A stretch of 64,000 nucleotides of DNA, taken from positions 2,080,001 through 2,144,000 of the forward strand of contig OZ242326.1 in NCBI GenBank assembly GCA_965208325.1, read 5' to 3'. How positions within the stretch are numbered: the stretch's first letter is position 1; every line of letters starts with the position of its first letter. A program made the position numbers and the translations under genes. The notes beneath the pieces are model-generated. The model was not told where the DNA came from. It worked only from the letters and a program-made list of their open reading frames with translations, and did no database searches. This document shows, piece by piece, positions 18,964-29,037 of the stretch. Source of the DNA: Candidatus Poribacteria bacterium (GTDB lineage: Bacteria > Poribacteria > WGA-4E > PCPOR2b).

Positions 18964-20091
18964 TCACAATTCTGATAGCGCTTTAAGAAAATGGGTAACA
19001 TCGGAACTTCCGTTGTAGAGATGCGTCGAAATCCGCACGCGCCCAAATTCGCCCCAGCACAATATTCCCTGTTCAGCCAGTTGATTCTGAATTCCTTCAG
19101 CATCTTCAATCCGAAAACAGGTATTGCCCGACCGCGCAGCACGGCGCTGAGGCGTGATAACCGCAAATCCCAGATTCTCCAGTCCGGCAGTGACCTGTTC
19201 GGATAGAGAGATGGCGTGATGCGCAATACAATCTATACCGATCGAAAGCAAACATTCAAGCGATCGGTCAAGGTGCATTATCACCAACATGGCAGGATTC
19301 CCCGGCTCTAGAAGACTGGGCATGGGTTTTTCTGCAGCATCCGGCAACCGCTCGGCTTGTTGTGCAGGCCATACCGCTAAGTTGCGCCAACCAAAACAGG
19401 AAGCCTCAATTTGTTCTTCTGCCCGTTTGCTCAAATAGCAAGGCGCAGCTCCATGCGTAGCGAGCATCCACTTATAACTGCTGCTAATGGTGAGATCTGT
19501 TAACGCCGCGGGTACGTTCAAGACTCCGGATGAGTGCGTCGAATCTACGGCAAAAAGCACGCCCCTCGACCGCGCACCGTTAGATAGCTGATGCAGGTTC
19601 AAACACTGTCCTGTATAAAAGCTCACATGGCTTACCGCCAATACCCGGGTTCGTGAATCTACCGCATCCAGCAAATCTTCCTCGTGCACAATCCAGTTGC
19701 GGTGAGGCACAAACCGCACCTCTACGCCCAAGGACTTAAGGCCTCTCCAAGCGTAGGCTACCGGCGGAAACTCTAAGTTGGTTGTCACGACATTATCACC
19801 CGATTTCCAGTCAAGTCCACGCGCCAGCCAGTTCATTCCCTCCGATGCTGACGGCATGAACGCAATCCGATCGGGCGGAACATTCCAGAGTGTGCCCATC
19901 CGTTCCCTGCAACGCTCGCCTCGTGCGTAAATCTCTGCCCTACCATCAGAACCAGCGCTTTTCAATCGAGCAAAGTCTGCATGCACTGACTGCTGAGCCT
20001 TGAGCCATGGCGCTTCGCCGCCCACACAAAGGTGTGTGACACCTTCCAATCCTACAAATACATCAGGGGACATTAGTGGTTTAATTTGCAT
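18964..20091 (-). CDS. PLP-dependent class V aminotransferase-fold enzyme
   Basis: VDSTHS, SSYKW (PLP Lys), RVRISTHLYN. Confidence 0.85.
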   Translation of the reverse strand: MQIKPLMSPDVFVGLEGVTHLCVGGEAPWLKAQQSVHADFARLKSAGSDGRAEIYARGERCRERMGTLWNVPPDRIAFMPSASEGMNWLARGLDWKSGDNVVTTNLEFPPVAYAWRGLKSLGVEVRFVPHRNWIVHEEDLLDAVDSRTRVLAVSHVSFYTGQCLNLHQLSNGARSRGVLFAVDSTHSSGVLNVPAALTDLTISSSYKWMLATHGAAPCYLSKRAEEQIEASCFGWRNLAVWPAQQAERLPDAAEKPMPSLLEPGNPAMLVIMHLDRSLECLLSIGIDCIAHHAISLSEQVTAGLENLGFAVITPQRRAARSGNTCFRIEDAEGIQNQLAEQGILCWGEFGRVRISTHLYNGSSDVTHFLKALSEL

Positions 20092-20153
20092 AACGAGAAT
20101 TAATTCGTCCTTTACACCCGTTAGTGTATAAGAATTACATCACTTAAACTGAA

Positions 20154-20789
20154 TCACTCATGTTTTGCACGCTCAATCTCGGCAAGGAGTTGACGCGACG
20201 CTAATACCGGATCCGGTTGCGCACACACGGCCGAAATGACAGCGACTCCATGCGCTCCTGCTAGAATGGTTTCATAAGCAGTATCAGCAGTGACCCCGCC
20301 AATCGCAATGACCGGACGATTGGTCTTTTTCGACACCCGTCGAAGAGCGTCCAAACCCTTTGGAGATTCGGCATCTCGTTTCGACGATGTCCTGAAAACG
20401 GGCCCGAACCCAATGTAGTCTGCGCCATCCGCGACAGCTTGCATCAGATGTTCTTCAGTACGCGCGGAAGCGCCAATGATTGCCTTCCGCGGGAAAATTC
20501 GGCGCCCGATTGCAATCGGCAAATCTTCTTGTCCCAAGTGCACCCCCGCTGCGCCAACGGCCAACGCGATATCCGCCCGATCATTGACGATTAAGGGTAC
20601 TCCATACCGCCTGCAAATGGATTGGAGCCCCTCTAAAGTTTCTATCAACTGACGGGTCGTGCCAGATTTCTGCCGAAACTGAATTGTATCGGCGCCTCCT
20701 TTGATTGCCATCTCTGCTAACTGGTAATGGTTGAATCGAGTTTGGGTAGTTGTGTCGGTGATGACATGGAATACACCAATGCTTTTCAT
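20154..20789 (-). CDS. thiE: Thiamine-phosphate synthase
   Basis: IQFRQK, LIVNDRAD, GVHLGQED, GPVFRTSSK, IAIGG, AVISA. Confidence 0.93.
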   Translation of the reverse strand: MKSIGVFHVITDTTTQTRFNHYQLAEMAIKGGADTIQFRQKSGTTRQLIETLEGLQSICRRYGVPLIVNDRADIALAVGAAGVHLGQEDLPIAIGRRIFPRKAIIGASARTEEHLMQAVADGADYIGFGPVFRTSSKRDAESPKGLDALRRVSKKTNRPVIAIGGVTADTAYETILAGAHGVAVISAVCAQPDPVLASRQLLAEIERAKHE

Positions 20790-20870
20790 GGCTTTTTCCC
20801 TAGTCAACAATGCGATTCGAGCAAGACAATCCGAAGGCTTTCATGGCAGTCCAAAGTGGAAGAGAATTTT

Positions 20871-20899
20871 TTGACGGGAGGTGAATGATACGGTATAAT
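20871..20899 (+). promoter_or_regulatory. Sigma70 promoter
   Basis: TTGACG-17 bp-TATAAT. Confidence 0.7.
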
Positions 20900-20953
20900 T
20901 TAAACTCTTCGCAAGTTTAGAGATACGCCATGGACGATTTGAGGAGGAACACC

Positions 20954-21190
20954 ATGACAGCGGAACAAACACAAACGCTGAAGGAAACTTTGGAATTGAT
21001 GTTTGACGGGATTCAAAAAAAGCAGAATATCACCCAAGCACTTAACCAAATCGAAAAAATACATCAAGAAATTGAATCAACCGCGCCGCCAATGTTGATT
21101 CACTATCTGCAGCGCCGGAGCTACACTAAGGCACTCGATTTTTTAAAGGAAGGCACCGTTGTAGAAGATTCAAACCGTCCTAAATGCTAA
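20954..21190 (+). CDS. Small hypothetical protein
   Basis: GGAGG RBS and upstream promoter; helical, with PPMLIHYLQRRSYTKALDFL. Confidence 0.7.
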   Translation: MTAEQTQTLKETLELMFDGIQKKQNITQALNQIEKIHQEIESTAPPMLIHYLQRRSYTKALDFLKEGTVVEDSNRPKC

Positions 21191-21372
21191 GAATAAAAGC
21201 CGGTGGAAGCAACAACGCTACGGCACCAGAGCAACCGTACACGGAGCATATCGTAATTTTCCCCGTCAAGTATTAAACTCCCGCCCAAGATTTGATTTGA
21301 GCTTGAAGCGGCGATTAGGCGATTATCCGGGCTTGGTGCAGCCATACCTACAGCGAAATCCTTGAATTTTTA

Positions 21373-21666
21373 GGGCCTTTTTTAATAATAGGTGACAAAG
21401 CCTTTCTTGGGCGATTGAGTTGCTATAACAAGTGGAACTTCTATCGCACGGGATTTACTATCGCCTTCGTTAGTCGTTCAGTAGACCCTATTCGGTCGCT
21501 CGTTTGCACCAAATACCTTATTCCAGCATTGAGCGGGGCAAGATGCCCCGCCTACAGAGCGTGGCGGTACTATTAAGTCGCTCGATCCCCGCCTTCGGAG
21601 GGTAGTGGGGAACTATACACCTGCCGACCTTCTGGGGTTGTATAAATTGAATTTTCAAACAGGTTT
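21373..21666 (+). mobile_element. MITE-like composite repeat, family A copy 2
   Basis: Degenerate left end GGGCCTTTTTTAA, right end TTCAAACAGGTT; REP hairpin at 21533-21555. Confidence 0.75.
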
Positions 21667-21740
21667 TCAGAGTTTCCGCGCAATTTCTGTAATTGTCCTC
21701 TCGGTAATTCAACCCGCTTCAAACGCCCCGCGATTAGAAT

Positions 21741-24700
21741 CTAACCCGCACGGTGATACCCATGCCCTTCACCGGTAATCTGGTATAGGGCATCCGCTGT
21801 CCAGAAATGCACCTCCGGATCGTCATCGCCCAAAGCCGATTCCAGCACAGATATAGCACCTTGATGCTTTGACGCGGCAAGTCCCTTGATGATATCTAAC
21901 CTCAAATTCTTGGTCGTCTGATTCACAGGAAGCGATTTCAGTTTCTCAATCAGCGCGGTAACGGCGGCGTCCGTCCCTATTTTTCCAAGTGCAATTGCAG
22001 CATCACGGCGAATCTCTTCATGATTGGTTTCAGTGTTGAAGACATCAATAAGATCTGGCACAGTGGAGGCGTCTGCAAATTCACCCACACCTTGCGTGGC
22101 TCCGCGCCGCACATCTTTATCCGCTTCTGTTTCACCTTTCATTATTTTCACTATTTCATCTTGAAGTTCTCGAAGCTTGCCCTCACCAATGCCCCGCGCT
22201 GTGGACTGGCGGATTTCTTTTTTCTTGTCATTCAGCAGTTCTCTAAGCTTCGATACGGCTTCCGGTGTTTTGGACTTTCCAAGTGCATTAGCAGCTGCGG
22301 CCTTAATTGGCCAACTTTCAGGTTTACTATTCTCGATCCGCTCAATCATCTTGTTCGCAACGAAGGGCGGCAATTGAAACGGTTTGGAGGCACTGACGAA
22401 AGCCTCAAATACAGGGTTGTGGGTAAATGTATCCGGCGTTATGGTCACTCCATATTCTGTGTCGTCAACGAGCCGCCTACTAATTGATTCAGCAGCGCGG
22501 TTATCCCCAATTGCCGCGAGCGCGTCGGCGGCATAAATACGGGTATCCGATTCCAGGCTTCTGTCTTCGAGAATAGCAATCAATTCCGTCACGGCTTCGC
22601 GACTATTGAGTTTGCCTAGTGCCGAAATGGCGCTCTTGTGGACAGCTCCGGTTTCTGCTCTAAAAATTCGAAGGATTGCCGCTGCCGAACTGCTGTCGCC
22701 AATCAATCCGAGCGCGGTTGCACACGCCGTCCGCACCGATGTATCTTCTAGAGGGTTATGGAGGATTTCAACTAGTTTATTGACAGCATTTGCACCTTTG
22801 ATGGCGCCCAATGCCGTTACAGCATGCAACCGAACTTCGGCGTTTTCATCGTCTAACGCAGCCAGGAGCGGGGTTGAAGCACGCTCGTCAAGCAACTTCG
22901 CCAATGACGCGGCTGCCGCTGCTCGAATTGACTTTGACTCATTCGTATCTTCAAGCACCGCAGTTAAGTCTGCAACAGCATTTCGATCTTTGAGTTTTCC
23001 AAGCGCAGCCACTGCCTCCTTGCGAACAAGGTAACTCTGATTTGTCATCGCCTCGCGTATCGCAGCCATTATGTTTTGATGCAGCGCGGGCGTCATTGTT
23101 ACTTTGTCGGACGTTCCCCGGATTTCTCCGATTGTATGTACAACTGCCCAGCGAATCCATTCTTCATCATCGTCGACGGATTTCAGCGTATCAAGCAGCA
23201 AATTGATTGTAGACGCATTGCCGTCTTTGACGAGTGAAGCAATGACTTCATTCATAACGGATTGGACTTCGTGCTTTTCTTCAAAGGGCCCTAAGCCTTT
23301 TTTCAACACATCGACCAACCCTCCGTCCGCTAACTCTTGCTTTAGTTCACGCAAAGCGATGGCTGCTTGTTTACGAGTTTTTTCAAACTTGTCCCTTTTG
23401 AGCGATGTTAGCAGAGGAGCGACCACCTTCTCACCTTTGATTTTGTTTAACGCGGCCGCGGCCTCTTGCCGCACAATGCCGTGCTCATCATTCTTGAGCG
23501 CATCAATCAAGTGGGAGATGACGGATTCTCCGTTGATGTCTCCTAAAGCTAGCGCGGCACTCCGGCGCACCGCTGCACGCTCGTCGTCATTCAGGGCGTC
23601 AAATATCGCATCCAATACTTGGTCACCTTGGGTGTAGACGTTCAGATTATCACCGACTTTCCGGAAATGGTACCGCTGCTGGTTCTCTTTATCGGTAACA
23701 AACCAAATTTCGCCTGCTCGGTCGACTACAATAGTTGGATTTTGGGAAAGCGCGATTTCTTCTTCTCCGAGTTCATGCAGTAAATTTTCCGGAATCTTGC
23801 CACTGTTCAGATCTGTGACATACTCGGCTAATTGAGTGCTAAAAAACAGTAATTCTCCTTTTATTTTGCCTAGTGAGATGGCTGCCTCGCTTCGCACAAG
23901 ACCGGGAATCGGCTTTAATTCTCCCCACTTTTGATAATCAGGTTGGGGATATTCAGGCGTCCATTGAATACCCAAGGAATCAACAGCAGCACCCAAAGCC
24001 TCAAGCGTTTTGTGTTGCCTTTTCATGTGCCGTTGGAAATCCTTGACGTCTTCGTAGCGTGTTGACAAAACCCACAAAAGCGCAGGCACAGTTTCTGGTG
24101 CTTTAATTTCTCCCAAAACTGCCACGGCTTCTTTCCGAATAATTTCACTCGTCTCATCGCTAAACATCAACTGCATCATTGGCTGAACGGCTTCCATTGC
24201 CTTGAGTTGACTTAATGCGGTAAGCGCCGCCCGCCTTATCGTCTCACGTCCACGTTTGTCCATCGCCATTGCGACGAGTTTGTTAATTGCCCGTTGACTC
24301 TTTATGTTGATATTTCCGAGTGCGACAGCAGCGTTAGTTGCGGTTGTATCATCTAAATCAAGGGCGTCAGTGAGTGCATCAACAGCGATGTTATTACTAC
24401 CAGGGGTTTTCATTGTGCCAATGGCTTTAGCGGCTGCCGTTTTGACTTCCTTTCTCGGATCGTTCTTAAGAGATTCGGTGAGGGAGTTTAACGTTCGCAA
24501 ATCTCCAATCGTGTCCATGACCTCGGCAGTCCGAATCCTGATAATATCCCTGGAAACTTTTAGGGTACCCGCGTCTTTTCTGACAGAATATGTTCCTTTT
24601 TTGTGATGTTTACCTTTATCCGTTATCAACCATTTGCTGTCTTCTTCCTCAAGAATAATGGATACATTTTCAGATAAGGTGAATCCGTTATTTTCCAACA

Positions 24701-26036
24701 CCCGTTTAAAATTCTCCGAGACGTATCCGTTGTTTAAATCGTTCTGGAACTCCGTGCTTATAATTAATGACGGATAACGCAGCGCTTGAATTAGATTGGG
24801 AACTGCAACTTCCTTCATTACAGCCAACGCACTAGCCACGTCCCCATGCAAATCATCGTCTTCAAAAAGATTGATTAGCCGTGCAACGGCCTCCTTAGCT
24901 TTCAGGGCGCCAAGGGTTTGAATGGCTGCGGCTTGGGTGCTGATTCGGCGGTTTTTCAGCCGGTCTGTATCAATATAGACATTTGCAATGTACTGATACT
25001 CATTCCTGAAATTAGGTTCGTCATCTTCCTCTGGAATTACGTTCTTAGCCCCTGAGTCCAATACTGCAATCAAAGGATTAATTGCTAACTGTCCAATCTG
25101 AATCAGTGCGGTCATGGCGCTGTTTTTGACGTGTTCATTTGCATCTGCGAGCAACCGGACGAGATCGACTATGGAATCTTCTGCCTTCAGCATACCGAGC
25201 AGCTTTGCGGCTAACATGCGCACTTGCGCTACGTTAGTTCTTGTGGCAAGCCGCAATGCGGGAACAATGCTTTGCTGGTCTTTTAACCCCTCTAGCGCTA
25301 CAATTGCCTCGTACAACACATCTGGCGATTCATCCTTTTTCTTCAGAACGGATTCTAGCTCGCGGATGAGCCGCGGATCTTTCAAGTCTCCTAGGTGCTT
25401 TATAGCCTGTTTTCTGATGGCGGCGTCGGGATTTTGAATTTCATTGACCAACAGATTGTAAACCAGCTCTTCATCATTAAGTTGCTGAATTAGCGCGGCT
25501 GATGCCTGACGATGCTTTGGATGAAAGCAATTTTCCGCCTCCAGCAACGCCGTGATGACAACGGAATTTGGTTGACTCGCTAAGGTTGAAAGGAGTTGTG
25601 AGTTTTGCTCGGCGGCTTCCGCGAGCGCGTTTGCAAAGGCACCAACAATCGAGTTTCGAGATCGAACAAGCCATTCGAGCTGGTCCAACTCATCCGAGTC
25701 TGGATCCTCGAGCCTCTCCGATGCTTCAATCTCCTCCTTGAGAGGCTGTAAATTGCCGAGAATTTTCTGTATGGCAGTGTGCCAGTCAACCGCTTTCGTT
25801 TTCCAACCCGTGCCTGAGGTTGCACGCAACTGGAGTAACACATGCAGTGATTGAGCTTCGAGGTGATTTGGTTTGTTCGACAGTACGGTTTGTATCGCTG
25901 TTTGAGCAACGGTATAATTTGCATCATCCATCGCCTCCCTCGCTTCTAGCAAGTCTACATCCTCTTTTTCGCCACACCCAGCGAGTAAACCGATAATTAA
26001 ACCAAAACTGATAAACAGGAGAATCCTGCGTTTCAT
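21741..26036 (-). CDS. Large HEAT/PBS-lyase repeat lipoprotein (1431 aa) with two inserted ~70-aa domains
   Basis: Lipobox LAGC; many VR..AA.ALG.I.d..av..L...L.D repeats; inserts at about 23631-23855 and 24552-24770. Confidence 0.9.
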   Translation of the reverse strand: MKRRILLFISFGLIIGLLAGCGEKEDVDLLEAREAMDDANYTVAQTAIQTVLSNKPNHLEAQSLHVLLQLRATSGTGWKTKAVDWHTAIQKILGNLQPLKEEIEASERLEDPDSDELDQLEWLVRSRNSIVGAFANALAEAAEQNSQLLSTLASQPNSVVITALLEAENCFHPKHRQASAALIQQLNDEELVYNLLVNEIQNPDAAIRKQAIKHLGDLKDPRLIRELESVLKKKDESPDVLYEAIVALEGLKDQQSIVPALRLATRTNVAQVRMLAAKLLGMLKAEDSIVDLVRLLADANEHVKNSAMTALIQIGQLAINPLIAVLDSGAKNVIPEEDDEPNFRNEYQYIANVYIDTDRLKNRRISTQAAAIQTLGALKAKEAVARLINLFEDDDLHGDVASALAVMKEVAVPNLIQALRYPSLIISTEFQNDLNNGYVSENFKRVLENNGFTLSENVSIILEEEDSKWLITDKGKHHKKGTYSVRKDAGTLKVSRDIIRIRTAEVMDTIGDLRTLNSLTESLKNDPRKEVKTAAAKAIGTMKTPGSNNIAVDALTDALDLDDTTATNAAVALGNINIKSQRAINKLVAMAMDKRGRETIRRAALTALSQLKAMEAVQPMMQLMFSDETSEIIRKEAVAVLGEIKAPETVPALLWVLSTRYEDVKDFQRHMKRQHKTLEALGAAVDSLGIQWTPEYPQPDYQKWGELKPIPGLVRSEAAISLGKIKGELLFFSTQLAEYVTDLNSGKIPENLLHELGEEEIALSQNPTIVVDRAGEIWFVTDKENQQRYHFRKVGDNLNVYTQGDQVLDAIFDALNDDERAAVRRSAALALGDINGESVISHLIDALKNDEHGIVRQEAAAALNKIKGEKVVAPLLTSLKRDKFEKTRKQAAIALRELKQELADGGLVDVLKKGLGPFEEKHEVQSVMNEVIASLVKDGNASTINLLLDTLKSVDDDEEWIRWAVVHTIGEIRGTSDKVTMTPALHQNIMAAIREAMTNQSYLVRKEAVAALGKLKDRNAVADLTAVLEDTNESKSIRAAAAASLAKLLDERASTPLLAALDDENAEVRLHAVTALGAIKGANAVNKLVEILHNPLEDTSVRTACATALGLIGDSSSAAAILRIFRAETGAVHKSAISALGKLNSREAVTELIAILEDRSLESDTRIYAADALAAIGDNRAAESISRRLVDDTEYGVTITPDTFTHNPVFEAFVSASKPFQLPPFVANKMIERIENSKPESWPIKAAAANALGKSKTPEAVSKLRELLNDKKKEIRQSTARGIGEGKLRELQDEIVKIMKGETEADKDVRRGATQGVGEFADASTVPDLIDVFNTETNHEEIRRDAAIALGKIGTDAAVTALIEKLKSLPVNQTTKNLRLDIIKGLAASKHQGAISVLESALGDDDPEVHFWTADALYQITGEGHGYHRAG

Positions 26037-26173
26037 TTGCTAACTCCTTTCGATTCGATAAAGATGCAATAATGAAGGCATGATGTGTGAAATGCGACGC
26101 GCAATTCGCGGGTAAATATTACGATTCTGCTACTTAATGAGCGACAATCGATAACCCTATGCATATGCTATTT

Positions 26174-26926
26174 TTAAATGTTGAGGTTGTCAATGAATTT
26201 TAAGCTCTTCAAATCGCGCTCAATATGATATGAGATAAAGGTTGCAAGCACAAACTTCAGTTCGCGATGATTTAGAATTGAGGCGCGAAATCTCCCCAAA
26301 CGCGATAGACTCGATTTTTGGAGTTGCTGCATTAACTGACAACTTCCTCTTGAAACGGCAATTGCATTCGCATCACGATCTCTACACTTCGCACAGAGCA
26401 TTCCGCCAAAACGAGAACTAAATTGCAACGTGGCATCCTTAAAGTCGCGGGTACAAGCCACACAGTGGGAAAGCTGCGGTGACAATCCTGCTAAACCAAG
26501 CAATTGTAACTCGAATGCGCGAGCAAATAGTGCAATATCATCCACTTGCGCCATGGTTTCAAATCCGCACTGCAGCAGGTGAAAAATCTGGTGGTCCGCC
26601 GAATGATCTGACTCAATTGCGCCAATAAGTTCCGCGAGGTAACAGCCGTATGTAGTCCGATCGAAATCTGCTTTGATTCCTTCAAAGGAACTAATCAAAT
26701 CAAAGTCATTGACAATCTGCAAATCTTTGTTCGGACGCTCAAAAAAAACTAAGGTGCCGTAATTTAAGAGTTCAAGTCCTCCTGCCAAACGACTTCTTGG
26801 TCGTCTGACGCCTCGCGCAACAGCTTTAATCTTACCAAACTCGGCGGTATAAAATGTGATGATTTTGTCAGATTCACGGAGAGGGTAAAATCGAATGACA
26901 ATCGCAGGTGTTTTTTGGACTGGCAT
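26174..26926 (-). CDS. recO: DNA repair protein RecO
   Basis: ESDKIITFYT..GKIKAVARGVRRPRS; Zn site CVAC...CAKC. Confidence 0.93.
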   Translation of the reverse strand: MPVQKTPAIVIRFYPLRESDKIITFYTAEFGKIKAVARGVRRPRSRLAGGLELLNYGTLVFFERPNKDLQIVNDFDLISSFEGIKADFDRTTYGCYLAELIGAIESDHSADHQIFHLLQCGFETMAQVDDIALFARAFELQLLGLAGLSPQLSHCVACTRDFKDATLQFSSRFGGMLCAKCRDRDANAIAVSRGSCQLMQQLQKSSLSRLGRFRASILNHRELKFVLATFISYHIERDLKSLKFIDNLNI

Positions 26927-26993
26927 TTTACGATAACAAAATGGGACAATAGACCGATTGATAAATCGTACCATTGTCCCATGACTTTGTGGA

Positions 26994-27068
<75 letters not shown>

Positions 27069-27099
27069 ATGGGTTGAAAAACGCTGTATTTTGCCACTG

Positions 27100-27128
27100 A
27101 TTGTATCATATCAGGAGTTACCTGTCAA
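27100..27128 (-). promoter_or_regulatory. Sigma70 promoter of tRNA-Pro
   Basis: Minus strand TTGACA-17 bp-TACAAT with extended TG. Confidence 0.75.
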
Positions 27129-27146
27129 GCTTCCTTTGCTGTACTT

Positions 27147-27190
27147 TTCATGTGCTATTACTAATTGATTCATGTGCTATTACTAATTGA
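27147..27190. repeat. Exact 22-bp tandem duplication
   Basis: TTCATGTGCTATTACTAATTGA twice. Confidence 0.9.
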
Positions 27191-27203
27191 AAAGAAATAC
27201 CTA

Positions 27204-28520
27204 CTATACGGCAAAGCCGGCCTGATCAGAATTGCCTTCCGCCGTATTGAGGGTCTGAATTTGGATACGGTGCACCCGGCGTTCATCCGCTTGCAGAACG
27301 GTAAACTCCATACGTTGATAAGAGAATCGATCTCCTTGTGCGGGAACTTTCCCGAAGTAATCTACAACAAAACCACCGATAGTGTCTACGTTTTCCGATT
27401 CTATCTGTGTGCCGAGCTGTTCATTCAGATTGTCGATGCTCATACGCGCGTCAACCGAATACACGTTTTCGCCTAATGAATGGCATTCTTCCAGTTCATC
27501 GGAATCATATTCATCTTGAATTTCACCAACAATTTCCTCAATAATATCTTCCAAGGTAACGACTCCGGCTGTGCCGCCATATTCATCGACAACGATTGCC
27601 ATGTGCTGTTTGTTTGCACGCAAATCGCGAAAAAGTTCTGATATTTTTTTGCTTTCAGGAGTGAAAAACGGCGGTCTATCCTTGACGAGCACCCTTAAAT
27701 CAATTGGCTTGCCCTCGGCCCAATAGTCCAACATATCCTTCACATTAAGGACGCCGACGATATGATCAATTGTGTCTTCGTAAACAGGGATTCGTGAATG
27801 CCTCGACCCAATCGCTGTTTGGAGCACATCTTTCTCAGATGTAGAAACCTCTAGGCATACCATATCTGTTCTAGGAATAATGATTTCGCGAGCAACGATA
27901 TCGGGAAGATCCAAAATACGCGAAATCATTTCTCGTTCATCCGCGTCCAAAATCTCCTGGCTGTCGCCAACATTTACTACCGTTTCCAGCTCCTCGGGTG
28001 TAACTATATTATCTTGTTCAGTGCGGTCTTTTCCACCCAGAATTCGCACACCGAAATATCCAAGCAAGGTTAACGGTTTGATTACAAAATATAGCAACCA
28101 ATAAGCCACCCGCAGAAAGCGCAGCGCATGAATCGTTGAATTCTCGGAACTTCCCCGCACGTAATTTTTCGGAATTAACTCGGTGATGACCACAATGGTA
28201 ACTGCGGCAAGAATCGCTCCAGTAATATTCTTAATCCCCGGAGGCCCGATATTGACTAGTGACATAAAAATTACTACAATCGAAACAATTAATCCGCTCT
28301 TGGCGATGATAATCGTCGACGAATATCTCCGTGAATCTCGGAGAAGAGAAGCCAGAATCTCATACCGCTTGCCGCCTGCTTCGGCAATATTCAGTATATC
28401 ATTCCTGGTCAGCCGGGCAAGCAAGGTTTCTGCGACGGAAAACAACGCTGCCAAGAAAAACAGAGCAAACAAGCCAACCAGTTTAAGGATACTATTAATG
28501 TCGTCCAAGTGTGAAATCAC
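27204..28520 (-). CDS. CNNM/CBS/CorC-HlyC (TlyC/CorC-like) membrane protein
   Basis: FSVAET, ELIPK, HSRIPVY, VVDEYGGTAGVVTLEDIIEEIVGEIQDE. Confidence 0.93.
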   Translation of the reverse strand: MISHLDDINSILKLVGLFALFFLAALFSVAETLLARLTRNDILNIAEAGGKRYEILASLLRDSRRYSSTIIIAKSGLIVSIVVIFMSLVNIGPPGIKNITGAILAAVTIVVITELIPKNYVRGSSENSTIHALRFLRVAYWLLYFVIKPLTLLGYFGVRILGGKDRTEQDNIVTPEELETVVNVGDSQEILDADEREMISRILDLPDIVAREIIIPRTDMVCLEVSTSEKDVLQTAIGSRHSRIPVYEDTIDHIVGVLNVKDMLDYWAEGKPIDLRVLVKDRPPFFTPESKKISELFRDLRANKQHMAIVVDEYGGTAGVVTLEDIIEEIVGEIQDEYDSDELEECHSLGENVYSVDARMSIDNLNEQLGTQIESENVDTIGGFVVDYFGKVPAQGDRFSYQRMEFTVLQADERRVHRIQIQTLNTAEGNSDQAGFAV

Positions 28521-28599
28521 ACTCCTAAAGTTTAGCCTTCAAAATCATACAAGGCAGAAAACTAAGCTTCCGCAGCACAAAGCCGCGTACAGATTGTGA

Positions 28600-29025
28600 C
28601 TAAATCAGGCGGAGGATTGCTTCCTGTTTTTCGAACATAATCGCAGCGTCTTGCGCCGTTTGATGGTCGTAGCCGAGGAGATGAAGCACGCCATGTACAG
28701 TAAGCCAGGCGAGTTCAATTTCAAGGGAATGGTGTTTGTCGGCGGCTTGGCGTTGAGCAGTCTGAACAGAAATTACCACATCGCCAAGCAGATGCGAATG
28801 TAGATTGCCGTCATTTCCATCATTCATGGCAAAAGCCAACACGTCCGTTGGCGTGGTAATTTGACGATATTTTCGATTAAGGGCTTCGATTTCAAGGTCG
28901 TCCGTAATCAGTATACTCACTTCGCAATCTTCCAAACCGTGTATTCTTAAGGATGCCAACGCCGCGTTATGGATTATTGTTTCATCCAAATCGGGTTTCT
29001 GACTGTTATTGCTGGTGAGAATCAT
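28600..29025 (-). CDS. ybeY: rRNA maturation endoribonuclease YbeY
   Basis: PTDVLAF, LGDVVIS, HGVLHLLGYDH. Confidence 0.95.
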   Translation of the reverse strand: MILTSNNSQKPDLDETIIHNAALASLRIHGLEDCEVSILITDDLEIEALNRKYRQITTPTDVLAFAMNDGNDGNLHSHLLGDVVISVQTAQRQAADKHHSLEIELAWLTVHGVLHLLGYDHQTAQDAAIMFEKQEAILRLI

Positions 29026-29037
29026 CGGTGCGGTTGT

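Noticed and set aside
18964..20091. Cysteine desulfurase partner for the isc genes
   Set aside because: Lacks the SSGSAC or RxGHHC catalytic Cys loop.
20790..20930. TPP riboswitch upstream of thiE
   Set aside because: No CUGAGA core is visible on the minus strand.
23631..24770. Inserted domains as inteins
   Set aside because: No N-terminal Cys/Ser block, no C-terminal His-Asn, and too short for a HINT fold.
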